Positions 31,999 through 42,447 of a stretch of 64,000 nt of DNA are shown piece after piece. Origin of the DNA: an uncultured Actinomycetes bacterium (GTDB lineage: Bacteria; Actinomycetota; UBA4738; HRBIN12); NCBI GenBank assembly GCA_963810635.1, contig CAWEOB010000006.1:68982-132981 (forward strand), read 5' to 3'. Within the stretch, counting starts at the first letter, position 1, and each line of letters opens with the position of its first letter. Under the pieces are notes generated by a model, which saw only the letters and a program-made list of their open reading frames with translations, was not told the origin of the DNA and did not search any database. The position numbers were made by a program, and so were the translations under genes.

Positions 31999-32715
31999 GT
32001 GTTCACGGTGCTCCCGGCGATCGATGTCTCGGACGGCCGCCTCGCGGTGTGGACCCCGGGTGGCCCCGAGCCGATCGACGCGTTCGGCGGCGCGCCGACG
32101 GAGGCGGCGGCCGCCATGGTCGAGGCCGGGGCCAGCTGGCTCCATGTCGTGGACATGGATCTCGCGTTCCGGGGAGCTGCCGGAGCGGGCGACCTGATCG
32201 CGACCCTGTCGCGGTCGTTCCCCGGCCTCGCGACCCAGGTGAGCGGCGGCATCACGGATCCTCTGGAGGCTGACCTCTACCTCGCGGCCGGAGCGACACG
32301 GATCATCCTGGGTTCGGCGGCGTTGGCGGACGTGGACGCCGCACGCCGGACGATCCTGCGACTGGCCGACCGGGTGCTCGTGGGGATCGAGGTGGAGGGG
32401 GCAGGGATCGTGTCGCGGGGTGACGTCCGCGTCCGACTGGAGCTGATGCCCACGTTGGGCTGGCTCGCCGCCGCGCGTGCCCCCGGCTTCCTGGTGACGT
32501 CGGTGGCCCGCGTGGGCGCGCGTGGTGGCCCCGACGTCGAGCTGATCCGTCGTGTCGTCCGGGCCGGCCGGCCGACCTTGGCGGCCGGCGGGATCCGCGA
32601 CCTCGACGACCTCCGCGCCGTTCGGCGTGCGGGCGCCGTCGGCGCGGTGGTCGGGAGCGCAGCCCTGGACGGCTCGCTCGACCTGGCCGAGGCCTTCGCC
32701 TGGGCCGCGGTCTGA
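31999..32715 (+). CDS. HisA/PriA-family (beta/alpha)8 phosphoribosyl isomerase, placed immediately upstream of trpCBA (candidate PRA isomerase / TrpF function)
   Basis: LPAIDVSDGRLAV ... GGIRDLDDL: HisA-like N- and C-terminal phosphate-binding motifs. 238 aa. Confidence 0.6.
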   Translation: MFTVLPAIDVSDGRLAVWTPGGPEPIDAFGGAPTEAAAAMVEAGASWLHVVDMDLAFRGAAGAGDLIATLSRSFPGLATQVSGGITDPLEADLYLAAGATRIILGSAALADVDAARRTILRLADRVLVGIEVEGAGIVSRGDVRVRLELMPTLGWLAAARAPGFLVTSVARVGARGGPDVELIRRVVRAGRPTLAAGGIRDLDDLRAVRRAGAVGAVVGSAALDGSLDLAEAFAWAAV

Positions 32716-32754
32716 CGGGGCAGCCCACCGAGCGCCGGTAGACTTCCGCGCCCG

Positions 32755-33573
32755 ATGGGCTTCCTCACCGACATCACGAGCGAGATACGGCAAGAGCTCC
32801 GCGACACCCCGCTCGACGAGCCGGCCCTGATGGCCGCTGTCGCGCAAGCGTCGCCGGCTCGCGGCCTGGCGAGCGCGCTCCGGACGGCCGCGCGAGACGT
32901 TGGCGTAGCGGTCATCGCCGAGATCAAACGAGCATCACCCTCCGCAGGTTCGATCTCCCCGGACGCGGACCCCCTCGACAGAGCCCGGGCCTACGAGGCG
33001 GGGGGAGCGGCCGCGATCTCGGTGCTCACGGAGCCGCGCCATTTCGGAGGGACGCTCGACGATCTCCGGACCGTCAGGGCGGCCGTCGTCCATCCGGTGC
33101 TCCGCAAGGACTTCTTGCTGCAACCCGGGCAGGTCGCAGAAGCGCGGGCTGCCGGAGCGGACTCGATCCTGCTGATCGCGGCGTGTCTCTCGGACGGAGA
33201 GCTTCGTGACATGCTCGAGGTGGCCCGGGAGATGGGGATGGACCCCCTCCTGGAGACCCACTCGGACGAGGACCTGGAGCGTGCCCTCGCCACCGACGTC
33301 GCCGTCGTGGGGGTGAACGCTCGCGACCTGGAGTCGCTCGAGGTGGATGTTCCGGGGGCTCTCGCCCGGTTGACGCGCGTCCCGGGCGACCGGGTCGGCG
33401 TGCTGGAGTCGGGGATCTCGACCGCCGCCGACGTGGTGGCGGCCGTCGATGCGGGCGCATCTGCCATCCTCGTGGGCGAAGCCCTGATGCGGGCGGCCGA
33501 TCCCGCCGAGAAGCTCCGCGAGCTCCTGGGCGGTCTCCGGTCCACACCTCCCGGAAAGGAACGTGTCCGATGA
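32755..33573 (+). CDS. trpC: Indole-3-glycerol phosphate synthase
   Basis: Full-length TrpC homology ([15 protein letters not shown]). Confidence 0.9.
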   Translation: MGFLTDITSEIRQELRDTPLDEPALMAAVAQASPARGLASALRTAARDVGVAVIAEIKRASPSAGSISPDADPLDRARAYEAGGAAAISVLTEPRHFGGTLDDLRTVRAAVVHPVLRKDFLLQPGQVAEARAAGADSILLIAACLSDGELRDMLEVAREMGMDPLLETHSDEDLERALATDVAVVGVNARDLESLEVDVPGALARLTRVPGDRVGVLESGISTAADVVAAVDAGASAILVGEALMRAADPAEKLRELLGGLRSTPPGKERVR

Positions 33574-34766
33574 CGACCGCGATCCGTTCGACCCTCCCTG
33601 ACGCGCGCGGTCGGTTCGGGCGCTACGGCGGCCGCTACGCGCCCGAGATCCTCATCCCGGCGCTCGACGAGCTGGCGGCGGCCTGGGGCGAGCTCCGAGG
33701 GGACGCCTCCTTCCAAGGGGAGTTGGCCGCGCTCCTTCGCGACTTCGTGGGACGCCCGACCCCGATCACGCACGCGCTGGGGCTCTCGGACGCCCTCGGG
33801 TACGACGTGTGGCTCAAACGGGAGGACCTGGCGCACACGGGCGCCCACAAGATCAACAACGCCATCGGGCAGGTGCTCCTCGCGAAGCGTCTCGGCAAGC
33901 AGCGGATCATCGCGGAGACCGGGGCCGGACAGCACGGGGTCGCGACCGCGACCGCCTGTGCGCTGTTGGGCTTCCCCTGTGTCGTGTACATGGGCGAGGA
34001 GGACACCCACCGGCAGGCACCGAACGTGGCCCGGATGCAGCTGTTGGGCGCCGAGGTCATCCCGGTGACCGCCGGGAGCGCGACGCTCAAGGAGGCGGTC
34101 AACGAAGCGCTCCGCGACTGGGCGGCAACGGTTCGGACCACGCACTACGTGATCGGATCGGTCGTGGGCCCGCACCCGTTCCCGCAGCTCGTCCGGGATC
34201 TCCAACGCGTGATCGGCGATGAGGCGCGAGCGCAGTACCTCGAGCGTATGGGGACCGACCCGGAGCACGTGCTCGCGTGCGTCGGGGGAGGCTCGAACGC
34301 GATCGGCATGTTCACGGCCTTCGTCGGGGCCCCCGGTGTGCGATTGACGGGTGTGGAGGCCGGCGGGCTCGGCCAGGAGCTCGGCCGCCACTGTGCCTCG
34401 CTCACGCAGGGGCAGCCGGGGATCCTCCACGGCGCCCTCAGCTACCTCCTGCAAGATCCTGATGGCCAGGTCGTCGAAACGCATTCGATCTCGGCCGGCC
34501 TCGACTATCCGGGCGTGGGACCGGAACATGCCTTCCTGAAGGACGAGGGTCTGGCCGACTACGCGAGCGCGACCGATGACGAGGCCCTCGCCGGTTTCCA
34601 GCTCCTGGCTCGGACCGAAGGCATCCTGCCCGCGCTCGAACCCTCCCACGTGATCGGCTACCTGCGCCGCGGGCCGCTGCCCGAGGGCGCGCGGCTGCTG
34701 GTGTGCCTTTCGGGCCGAGGTGACAAGGACCTCGACACGGTCCGCGCCGCCCTCGGTGTGACCTGA
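33570..34766 (+). CDS. trpB: Tryptophan synthase beta chain
   Basis: [16 protein letters not shown] and PLP-binding motifs. ATGA overlap with trpC. Confidence 0.95.
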   Translation: MTTAIRSTLPDARGRFGRYGGRYAPEILIPALDELAAAWGELRGDASFQGELAALLRDFVGRPTPITHALGLSDALGYDVWLKREDLAHTGAHKINNAIGQVLLAKRLGKQRIIAETGAGQHGVATATACALLGFPCVVYMGEEDTHRQAPNVARMQLLGAEVIPVTAGSATLKEAVNEALRDWAATVRTTHYVIGSVVGPHPFPQLVRDLQRVIGDEARAQYLERMGTDPEHVLACVGGGSNAIGMFTAFVGAPGVRLTGVEAGGLGQELGRHCASLTQGQPGILHGALSYLLQDPDGQVVETHSISAGLDYPGVGPEHAFLKDEGLADYASATDDEALAGFQLLARTEGILPALEPSHVIGYLRRGPLPEGARLLVCLSGRGDKDLDTVRAALGVT

Positions 34767-35566
34767 TGGCCGAGCTCGAGGCGCGGCTGCGCGCAGCGCG
34801 GGACGAAGGCCGGAAAGCCTTCGTCCCCTACGTGATGGGCGGGTTGCCCGGGGTGGACGCCGACCTGCTCCGCGGGCTCGTCGCGTTGGGTGCCGATGCG
34901 CTCGAGGTGGGGATCCCGCATTCGGACCCCGTGATGGACGGCGGCGTCATCCAGGAGGCCTCTCGGATCGCCCTGGAGCACGCCGTGCACCCCTCCGACG
35001 TCCTGGAGACGATCGCCGAGGCCCGACCCGGTGTGCCCGTCGTGGTCATGACGTACGTCAACCCCGTGTATCGGCGGGGGTTCGAACCGTTCTGCCGGGA
35101 GCTCAGCGAAGCGGGGGTCACCGGAGCGATCGTGCCGGACCTGCCGGTCGACGAGGCGGAGGGGCTGGAGCGCGACGCCGCGGCGCACGATATCGACCTC
35201 GTCCTGCTCGCGGCGCCGGGCGCGTCGGACGCGCGGTTGGACGCCATCGCCGCATTGGCGCGCGGGTTCGTGTACTGCGTGGCGACCCACGGCGTCACGG
35301 GCGCGCGGGACGAGCTCGACGCGTCGTCGCGGGCGTTGGTGGGCGCGCTGCGCACCCGGACGGACACCCCGCTCCTCGTGGGGGTCGGGATCGGCACACC
35401 GGAGCACGCGGCCGAGGTGGCTGGCTTCGCCGACGGGGCCATCGTCGGCAGCGCCATCGTGGCTCGGCTGATGGAGGGCGGTCCCGATGAGGCGCTCGAG
35501 CTGGCGGCGGCGTTCCGGGAGGCGATCCGGCCTCCAGGCAACCCCTCGGAAGGCTCCACTCCGTAA
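34766..35566 (+). CDS. trpA: Tryptophan synthase alpha chain
   Basis: TrpA homology. TGATG overlap with trpB. Confidence 0.9.
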   Translation: MAELEARLRAARDEGRKAFVPYVMGGLPGVDADLLRGLVALGADALEVGIPHSDPVMDGGVIQEASRIALEHAVHPSDVLETIAEARPGVPVVVMTYVNPVYRRGFEPFCRELSEAGVTGAIVPDLPVDEAEGLERDAAAHDIDLVLLAAPGASDARLDAIAALARGFVYCVATHGVTGARDELDASSRALVGALRTRTDTPLLVGVGIGTPEHAAEVAGFADGAIVGSAIVARLMEGGPDEALELAAAFREAIRPPGNPSEGSTP

Positions 35567-35673
35567 GTGCTTGACGAGGACCGACGGTCCTCCACGAGTG
35601 ATTGGCCATCCATCGGGCGATGTGGTACGAACCGCGGGTCACAGATCGGCTGGGGGATGGGAAAGGGGGCTCC

Positions 35674-36999
35674 ATGAAGCAACGTAGGTGGCTCGCCTTG
35701 TGCGCGAGCCTCGTCGCGTTGGCGCTGGTAGGCGCGGCGTGCTCGGAGGACAGCAGTACTCCGGGGGATACGGGAACGGGCGGCACAGGCGAGGTCGACT
35801 GCGCGACGGTCGAGTTCGGTTGTGTCGAGGTCGCGGCCGACGAGCCGGTCAACATCGGGACCTTGCTGGTGATCAGCGGTGCCGACTCGACCCTCGGGTT
35901 GGACAGCCAGCACGGTGTCGAGCTCGCCGCGGACTACTGGGGCGACCAGACGTTCGACGGCACCTTCGGACAGGTTGCCGGGCATGACATCGAGTTCACG
36001 CACGAGGACGATCTCTGTTCGGCCGACGGTGGGCAGGCTGGCGCCACCGCGCTCGCAGCCGACGAGTCCATCGCCGCCGTGATCGGCACCAGCTGCTCGA
36101 GTGCCGCCCTCGGCGTTGCGGACACGATCCTGAGCGAGGCAGGGATCCTGCTGTTCTCGCCCTCCAACACGAACCCGGCCCTGACGTCGGAAGAGGCGCA
36201 CCAGCCCTTCTACGCACGGACGGCGCACAACGACCGGATCCAGGGTGCGATCGGCGCCCAGTTCGCGTACAACGAGCTCGGCGTCACCAAGGCCGCGACC
36301 ATCGCGGACGAGAGCCCGTACACGCAGGGTCTGGTGGCCGCGTTCGAGGCGAACTTCGAGGACCTCGGCGGCACGATCACGGGCAGCGAGCAGGTCAACT
36401 CGGAGGACACCAACTTCGAGTCGGTCCTCACGTCGCTCAACGACACGGGTCCCGAGCTCCTGTACTTCCCGATCTTCGTGGCGGCCTGCACCCAGATCAT
36501 CAAGCAGGAGGCGGATCTCGCCCCCGACACGCAGCGGATGGTCGCTGACGGGTGCCTGAGTTCGGACACGCTGAAGAACGCGGGAGATTCGCTCGACGGC
36601 GTGTACGCCTCGTCGCCGGACATCTCCGTGTTCCAGGACGACCCGTTCTACAAGGACGAGTTCATCCCTGCGTACAACGAGCAGTTCGGGGAGACCACGT
36701 CGGTGTTCCACGCCCATGCGTTCGACGCGACGACGATCCTGTTCGGCGCGATCGAGTCCGTCGCCATCGACAACGGCGACGGTTCCATCTCGATCCCCCG
36801 GCAGGCGCTCCGCGACGAGGTGTTCGCCACCGACGGGTACGACGGCATCATCGGCACGATCACGTGTGGCGACCTCGGCGACTGCGCCACGGACGTCACG
36901 ATCGGTGTCTTCAAGGCGCCGAACTGGCCGGTCGAGGGTGGGACGGAACCCACCGACGCCGTCTATTCGGACACGCTGAGTCTGGACGACGTGCTCTGA
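35674..36999 (+). CDS. Branched-chain amino acid ABC transporter substrate-binding lipoprotein (LivK-like)
   Basis: Signal peptide plus lipobox LVGAACS. Type I PBP fold. Confidence 0.8.
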   Translation: MKQRRWLALCASLVALALVGAACSEDSSTPGDTGTGGTGEVDCATVEFGCVEVAADEPVNIGTLLVISGADSTLGLDSQHGVELAADYWGDQTFDGTFGQVAGHDIEFTHEDDLCSADGGQAGATALAADESIAAVIGTSCSSAALGVADTILSEAGILLFSPSNTNPALTSEEAHQPFYARTAHNDRIQGAIGAQFAYNELGVTKAATIADESPYTQGLVAAFEANFEDLGGTITGSEQVNSEDTNFESVLTSLNDTGPELLYFPIFVAACTQIIKQEADLAPDTQRMVADGCLSSDTLKNAGDSLDGVYASSPDISVFQDDPFYKDEFIPAYNEQFGETTSVFHAHAFDATTILFGAIESVAIDNGDGSISIPRQALRDEVFATDGYDGIIGTITCGDLGDCATDVTIGVFKAPNWPVEGGTEPTDAVYSDTLSLDDVL

Positions 37000-37027
37000 G
37001 CACATCGGAGCAGGAAGCGAGCACGAA

Positions 37028-37057
37028 CCGCGGCCGGAGCGAACGCTCCGGCCGCGG
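37028..37057 (+). terminator. 14-bp perfect GC hairpin between the SBP gene and livH (attenuator/partial terminator)
   Basis: CCGCGGCCGGAGCG-aa-CGCTCCGGCCGCGG, 29 nt after the stop. Confidence 0.4.
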
Positions 37058-37085
37058 CCGTGTGCGCGACTGAGGGGGGCGAGCG

Positions 37086-38192
37086 GTGGCGGTGGACGGC
37101 GGAGCCACGGCGCGGGTCGCCGACGTACGGCTGAGCGCCTTCGAGCGACTGCCCTGGCGCCGGATCATCCTCGTCATCCTCGCCGTCGTGATCACCACGG
37201 TGGCGGTCGTCGGGGCCTACAAGACGCTCACGCTGCCGGAGGGTGAGTCGTTCTCTTCCGAAGGATGGAAGGACCTCGTCACGCAAGGGATCGCCCAGGG
37301 CGCGATCTTCGCCATGATCGCGCTCGGGTACAGCCTCGTCTACGGCATCCTGCGCATGATCAACTTCGCGCACGGCGAGGTCTTCATGGCGGGGGCCTTC
37401 GTCTCGTTCTTCTTCGCCGACGCGTACTTCCAGAGCGGCTTCCTGGATCGCAACCCGATCCTCGCGCTCCTCATCATCACGGGCGTCGCGGTCCTGACCA
37501 GTCTCGGCACGGCCGTCCTGCTCGAGCGTCTCGCGTACCGACCGCTCCGGAACGCTCCGCGCCTGGTCCCCCTGATCACGGCGATCGGGGCGTCCCTGTT
37601 CATCCAGAACGCCTTCCGCGGTTTCTTCGGTCCGCAGCCCTACGGCTACCCGCAGCCCAACGTCCTCGAAGGGACCATGTCGATCCTGGGGGTCGAGGTG
37701 CGACGCGTCTACGTGCTCGTGTTCGTCGTCGCCATCGTCGCCATGCTGGCGCTCCAGCTGTTCGTCTCGCGGACGCGGACGGGCCGTTCGATGCGGGCCG
37801 TCGCGGAGGACCGTGAGATCGCGAGCCTGATGGGCATCAACGTCGACCGCACCATCCGCGCCACCTTCGCGATCGGCGGCGCGCTCGCCGGCATCGCGGC
37901 GGTGCTCTACTGCCTCTCGTTCCAGCAGGTGGTCTTCACCATGGGCTTCCGACCCGGGATCGCGGCGTTCACCGCCGCCGTGCTGGGAGGAATCGGCAGC
38001 ATCAGCGGTGCGGCGCTGGGCGGCTTCCTCCTCGGGATCCTCCAGTCCGTCGGTCCGCAGCTCTTCCTCTCCGGGTTCGGCATCCCCAGTCCGAACTCGC
38101 TGCGCGACGCCTTCGTCTTCCTGGTGCTCGTCCTCGTGTTCATCTTCCGACCCGGCGGCTTGCTCGGGTCGGGTGAGGCGGAGAAGGTCTGA
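37086..38192 (+). CDS. livH: Branched-chain amino acid ABC permease LivH
   Basis: Polytopic permease, LivH family. Confidence 0.85.
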   Translation: MAVDGGATARVADVRLSAFERLPWRRIILVILAVVITTVAVVGAYKTLTLPEGESFSSEGWKDLVTQGIAQGAIFAMIALGYSLVYGILRMINFAHGEVFMAGAFVSFFFADAYFQSGFLDRNPILALLIITGVAVLTSLGTAVLLERLAYRPLRNAPRLVPLITAIGASLFIQNAFRGFFGPQPYGYPQPNVLEGTMSILGVEVRRVYVLVFVVAIVAMLALQLFVSRTRTGRSMRAVAEDREIASLMGINVDRTIRATFAIGGALAGIAAVLYCLSFQQVVFTMGFRPGIAAFTAAVLGGIGSISGAALGGFLLGILQSVGPQLFLSGFGIPSPNSLRDAFVFLVLVLVFIFRPGGLLGSGEAEKV

Positions 38193-39970
38193 TGAAGGCT
38201 CGGGACCTCTCGAGGGCCGGCGCGCTCGCGGGATGCGTCACCATCTTCCTCGCCCTCGTCGGACTCACGGATCGATTCGCCGACCTCTTCTTCTTCGGCG
38301 ACCAGGCTAGTTTCGGACGGCTGATGCTGTTCGTCGCGCCCTTCGCCGTGGGGGTGGTCCTCGCCGGGCCTCGGGTCGTCGCCGGCGAGCGTCGCGCGAC
38401 CCCGATGCCGGACGCGCTCCGGCGGGGTGCGATCGCCGGCCTGGCCGCCGGGGTGGTGTTCGGCGCGTTCGTGCTGTTCATCGATCTCTTCGGGGTGGAC
38501 CGGATCCGCGAGGTCTTCATCAACATCACGCCCGTGATGCTCGAGTTCGTCACCTTCGGGAAGTCGGTGGGGCTCGGCGTCGCGATCCTGGTGGTGGGTT
38601 CCGCGGTCGCCGGCTCGCTCGGGGGCGGCTACCGGGTCCTCCCGGACCGGACGCGCAAGCCGTTGGGGTCGGCCGTCGCGGCTGTGCTGGTCCTCGGCTT
38701 CCTGCAGCGCATCGTGCCGGTCTCCCTCGACCAGCTCAACATCGGGAACGCGTGGCTCTACAGCACGGCCGACGGGGGTCTCACGTACCTGGGCGCGGGC
38801 GTCGTGGCGCTCGTCGCGGCGGGCCTGTCGACGCTGAAGGTGCGCAAGGGTGCACAACTACGGCAGCGCTTCGCTCCGCGCGGCACGGATGACGCCGGGA
38901 TCAGCCCGCTCCGGCTCGCGGTCCTGCTCGTCCTGCTGGTGGTCCTGCTGGCGGTCCCGTACGTGACCGGCAAGGTGATCGCCGAGGTGCTCGGCACCGT
39001 GCTGGTCTTCGCGCTCCTCGGCCTGGGCCTCAACATCGTCGTGGGGTACGCCGGGCTGCTCGACCTCGGCTACGTCTTCTTCTTCGCCGTGGGCGCGTAC
39101 GCGACGGCGCTCCTCACGGGGGCGACGGTGAACGCCTTCACGGGGTCGGTGCCGCCGATCATCGGGGCGGACCTCAACTTCTACGTGGCGATCCCCATCG
39201 TGATGCTGATCGCGGCAGGGGCCGGCGTGCTGATCGGTGCACCCGTGCTCCGGCTCCGCGGCGACTACCTGGCGCTCGTGACCCTCGGGCTCGGAGAGAT
39301 GATCACCGTGCTGATCGCGAGCCCGTGGCTCGAGCCGCTGGTCGGCGGGCCGAGCGGCATGCGCAACGTCTCGAACGCGGCGATCTTCGGGGTCGGCTTC
39401 CGTGATCCGCAGCACTTCTATTACCTCGCCCTGGCGTTCGTCGTCCTCGCGATGTTCGTCTCCTGGAGGTTGGCCGCGTCCCGGATCGGGCGGGCGTGGA
39501 CCGCCATGCGCGAGGACGAGCAGATCGCCGATGCCATGGGCGTCAGCACGACACGGTTCAAGCTCTTGGCGTTCGCGATCGGCGGCGCGATCGGGTCCCT
39601 CGGCGGCGCGCTGTTCGCGGTGAAGATCGGGTCGCTCACGCCCGCGAGCTTCACCGTGTTCATCTCGATCCAGGTGCTCGGCATCGTGATCCTGGGTGGA
39701 TTGGGGAGTCTCCCGGGTGTCGTCACCGGCGCGCTGGTGTTGGTCGGACTGCCGGGGCTGCTCCGCGAGTTCGAGGAGTACCGCCTGCTGTTCTACGGTG
39801 CCGCACTGGTCCTGGTGATGATCCTGCGCCCGCAGGGGTTGGTGCCCAACGTACGCCGGAGTCGGGAGCTCCACCAAGAGGACGCGGCACAGGACAAATG
39901 GGCCGGTGACCTGGCGACGGATGAGCACGTTGCCGCCACCGCGTCGCCGGAAGGCGAGGGCGCGGGATGA
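38192..39970 (+). CDS. livM: Branched-chain amino acid ABC permease LivM (long N-terminal TM extension)
   Basis: 592 aa. The C-terminal half is LivM-like. Confidence 0.8.
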   Translation: MKARDLSRAGALAGCVTIFLALVGLTDRFADLFFFGDQASFGRLMLFVAPFAVGVVLAGPRVVAGERRATPMPDALRRGAIAGLAAGVVFGAFVLFIDLFGVDRIREVFINITPVMLEFVTFGKSVGLGVAILVVGSAVAGSLGGGYRVLPDRTRKPLGSAVAAVLVLGFLQRIVPVSLDQLNIGNAWLYSTADGGLTYLGAGVVALVAAGLSTLKVRKGAQLRQRFAPRGTDDAGISPLRLAVLLVLLVVLLAVPYVTGKVIAEVLGTVLVFALLGLGLNIVVGYAGLLDLGYVFFFAVGAYATALLTGATVNAFTGSVPPIIGADLNFYVAIPIVMLIAAGAGVLIGAPVLRLRGDYLALVTLGLGEMITVLIASPWLEPLVGGPSGMRNVSNAAIFGVGFRDPQHFYYLALAFVVLAMFVSWRLAASRIGRAWTAMREDEQIADAMGVSTTRFKLLAFAIGGAIGSLGGALFAVKIGSLTPASFTVFISIQVLGIVILGGLGSLPGVVTGALVLVGLPGLLREFEEYRLLFYGAALVLVMILRPQGLVPNVRRSRELHQEDAAQDKWAGDLATDEHVAATASPEGEGAG

Positions 39971-40755
39971 CCACGGTCCTCGAGGTCATCGGGGTCCGCA
40001 AGTCGTTCGGGGGCCTCGCGGCGTTGGACGGTCTCGACCTGCACGTGGATGAAGGCGAGATCGTGTCGGTGATCGGCCCCAACGGGGCCGGGAAGAGCAC
40101 CGTGTTCAACGTGATCACGGGGCTGTACGCGCCGGACGAGGGCGACATCAGGTACTTCGGCGAGTCCATCGTGGGACTGCGGCCGAACCAGATCGTGAAG
40201 GTCGGGATCGCGCGCACGTTCCAGAACGTGAAGCTGTTCGCGAACATGACGGTCCTCGAGAACGCCATGGTGGGTCAGCACTGCCGGTCGAAAGCCGGCG
40301 TGTTCGGATCGATCCTGCACACGAAGCGGGTGGCGATCGAGGAAGAGCAGATCCGTGAACGGGCCCGGGAGGCGCTGGGGTTCTTCGGGTCGAGGCTCGC
40401 GGGCTACCGTCAGGACCAGCCGGCGTTCGTCCTCTCCTACGCGAACCGGCGACGGCTCGAGATGGCCCGGGCGCTCTCCACCGAGCCGAGGATGATCCTG
40501 TTGGACGAGCCCACCGCGGGCATGAACCCCCGCGAGACCCTCGAGCTGCGCGACCACATCGTCCGGATGCGCGATCAGCTGGGGCTCACCGTCCTGGTGA
40601 TCGAGCACGATATGCGCGTCGTCAAGGGCGTGTCCGATCGCGTGATCGCCTGCGACTACGGGCGGAAGATCGCCGAGGGGACGTACGAGGAGGTCGCGGA
40701 GGACGAGAGGGTGATCGAGGCGTACCTGGGCCGGCGGGGCGAGGAGCTGGGATGA
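39967..40755 (+). CDS. livG: Branched-chain amino acid ABC ATP-binding protein LivG
   Basis: Walker A GPNGAGKST and ABC signature. Confidence 0.9.
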   Translation: MTTVLEVIGVRKSFGGLAALDGLDLHVDEGEIVSVIGPNGAGKSTVFNVITGLYAPDEGDIRYFGESIVGLRPNQIVKVGIARTFQNVKLFANMTVLENAMVGQHCRSKAGVFGSILHTKRVAIEEEQIRERAREALGFFGSRLAGYRQDQPAFVLSYANRRRLEMARALSTEPRMILLDEPTAGMNPRETLELRDHIVRMRDQLGLTVLVIEHDMRVVKGVSDRVIACDYGRKIAEGTYEEVAEDERVIEAYLGRRGEELG

Positions 40756-41511
40756 CGGACGCGATGTCCGGGGAGACGGCACCCGCGGAAGAACGCCGTC
40801 CGGTCCTCGAGCTGCGCGACGTCAGCACGCACTACGGCCTCGTCTCGGTGCTCCGCAACGTCGACATGCGAGATCTACGCGGGAGAGATGGTCTGCTTGC
40901 TCGGGGGGAACGCCTCGGGCAAGAGCACGACCCTGAAGACCGTCCTCGGGTACGTCGTCCCCACCGAAGGTGAGGTCCTCTTCGAAGGGGAGGTCGTGAG
41001 CGGGCTCTCCACCGCCGAGATCGTGCGCCGGGGCATCTCCATGGTGCCCGAGAACCGGCGGCTCTTCGGGTCCATGACGGTCGACGAGAACCTCACGCTC
41101 GGGTCGTACCTCCGGTCGGACCGGGCCGAGATCGATGCGGATCGCGAACGGGTCCTCGAGACGTTCCCCAGGATCCGCGAGCGCTTGAAGCAGAAGGCGG
41201 GGACGCTCTCCGGCGGTGAGCAGCAGATGGTGGCCATGGGCCGGGCCCTCATGGCGAACCCCTCGGTCCTGCTGATGGACGAGCCGTCCATGGGGCTCGC
41301 ACCGGTGCTCGTGGAACAGGTCTTCGAGATCATCCAGCGCATCCGGGAGCTCGGGAAGACCATCTTCGTGGTCGAGCAGAACGCGAACATGGCGCTGTCG
41401 ATCGCGGATCGAGGGTACGTGATCCAGACCGGCCAGGTCGTGTTGTCCGATACGGCCAGCGGGCTCCTCAACAACCCGCTGATGCGTGAGGCGTACCTGG
41501 GCGAGATGTGA
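40752..41511 (+). CDS. livF: Branched-chain amino acid ABC ATP-binding protein LivF. Apparent +1 insertion at about 40869.
   Basis: VLRNVDM in ORF 40752. Then EIYAGEMVCLLGGNASGKST...LSGGEQQM in ORF 40888..41511. Confidence 0.8.
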
Positions 41512-42447
41512 TGCGCGTCGTCGACGCCGAGGAGCTCCGATCACGGCTGTCCATGACCGCGGCGATCGACGCTCTGGAGGAGGCCTTCCGTCTCGATGAC
41601 CCGGGGACCGCGGGTCCCGTGCGATCGTCCGTCGACACCCGTGCCGGCTCCCTCCTCCTCATGCCCGCCGCCGGCTCCCGCGGCGTCGGTGTGAAGCTCG
41701 TGACGCTCACCGAGGCGAACCCCGCACGAGCGTTGCCGTTCATCCATGCGGTCTATGTCCTGTTCGACGCCGCCTCGCAGGCGCCGGAGGCCGTCGTCGA
41801 TGGGTCCGCGCTCACCGCGCTGCGGACCGCCGCGGTGAGCGGGCTCGCCACCCGCTTCCTGGCGCGCCCTGAGGCGCGGCGTCTCGTGCTGTTCGGCGCC
41901 GGCGTGCAGGCGACCGCGCATCTCGAAGCGATGACCGCCGTTCGGCCGGTGGAGGACGTGGTGGTGGTGCGCGCGATCCGGGCCGTGCCGAGGCGCTCGC
42001 CGAGCGGGCGCGAGCTGCGGGTCTCACGGCCTCCGTCGGAGGAGCGGGAGCGGTCGCTGATGCGGACCTGGTCTGTACGTGCACCACCTCCCGGGAACCG
42101 TTGTTCCGCGGGGAAGAGCTGGCCGCCGGGGCCCACGTGAACGCCGTCGGCGCCTATCTGCCGGACACGCGCGAGGTGGACACGTCCACGGTCCGCCGTG
42201 CCCGCGTCGTGGTGGAGACGCGCCAGGTGGCGTTCGCGGAGGCCGGCGACCTGCTCCTGCCGATCGCCGAGGGAGCCGTGGACGCGTCGCAGGTGGTGGC
42301 GGACCTCGCCGAGCTCGCTCGGGGGCAAGGGTCCGGACGTCGCCCGACGACATCACCCTGTTCGAGAGCGTGGGGATGGCGTTCGAGGACCTCGTCGTCG
42401 CTCGGGCTGCCGCGGAGACCTTCGGGCGGAGCGGGATGACCGGATGA
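41508..42447 (+). CDS. Ornithine cyclodeaminase / mu-crystallin family protein. Two apparent 1-nt deletions, near 41970 and near 42344.
   Basis: Split over ORFs 41508, 42101 and 42079. GTGA-coupled to livF and ATGA-coupled to the next gene. Confidence 0.65.

Noticed and set aside
28198-32847. 1549-aa minus-strand ORF antisense to dnaE
   Set aside because: Arg/Gly/Pro-rich composition typical of stop-free antisense frames in high-GC DNA. It completely overlaps the well-supported dnaE.
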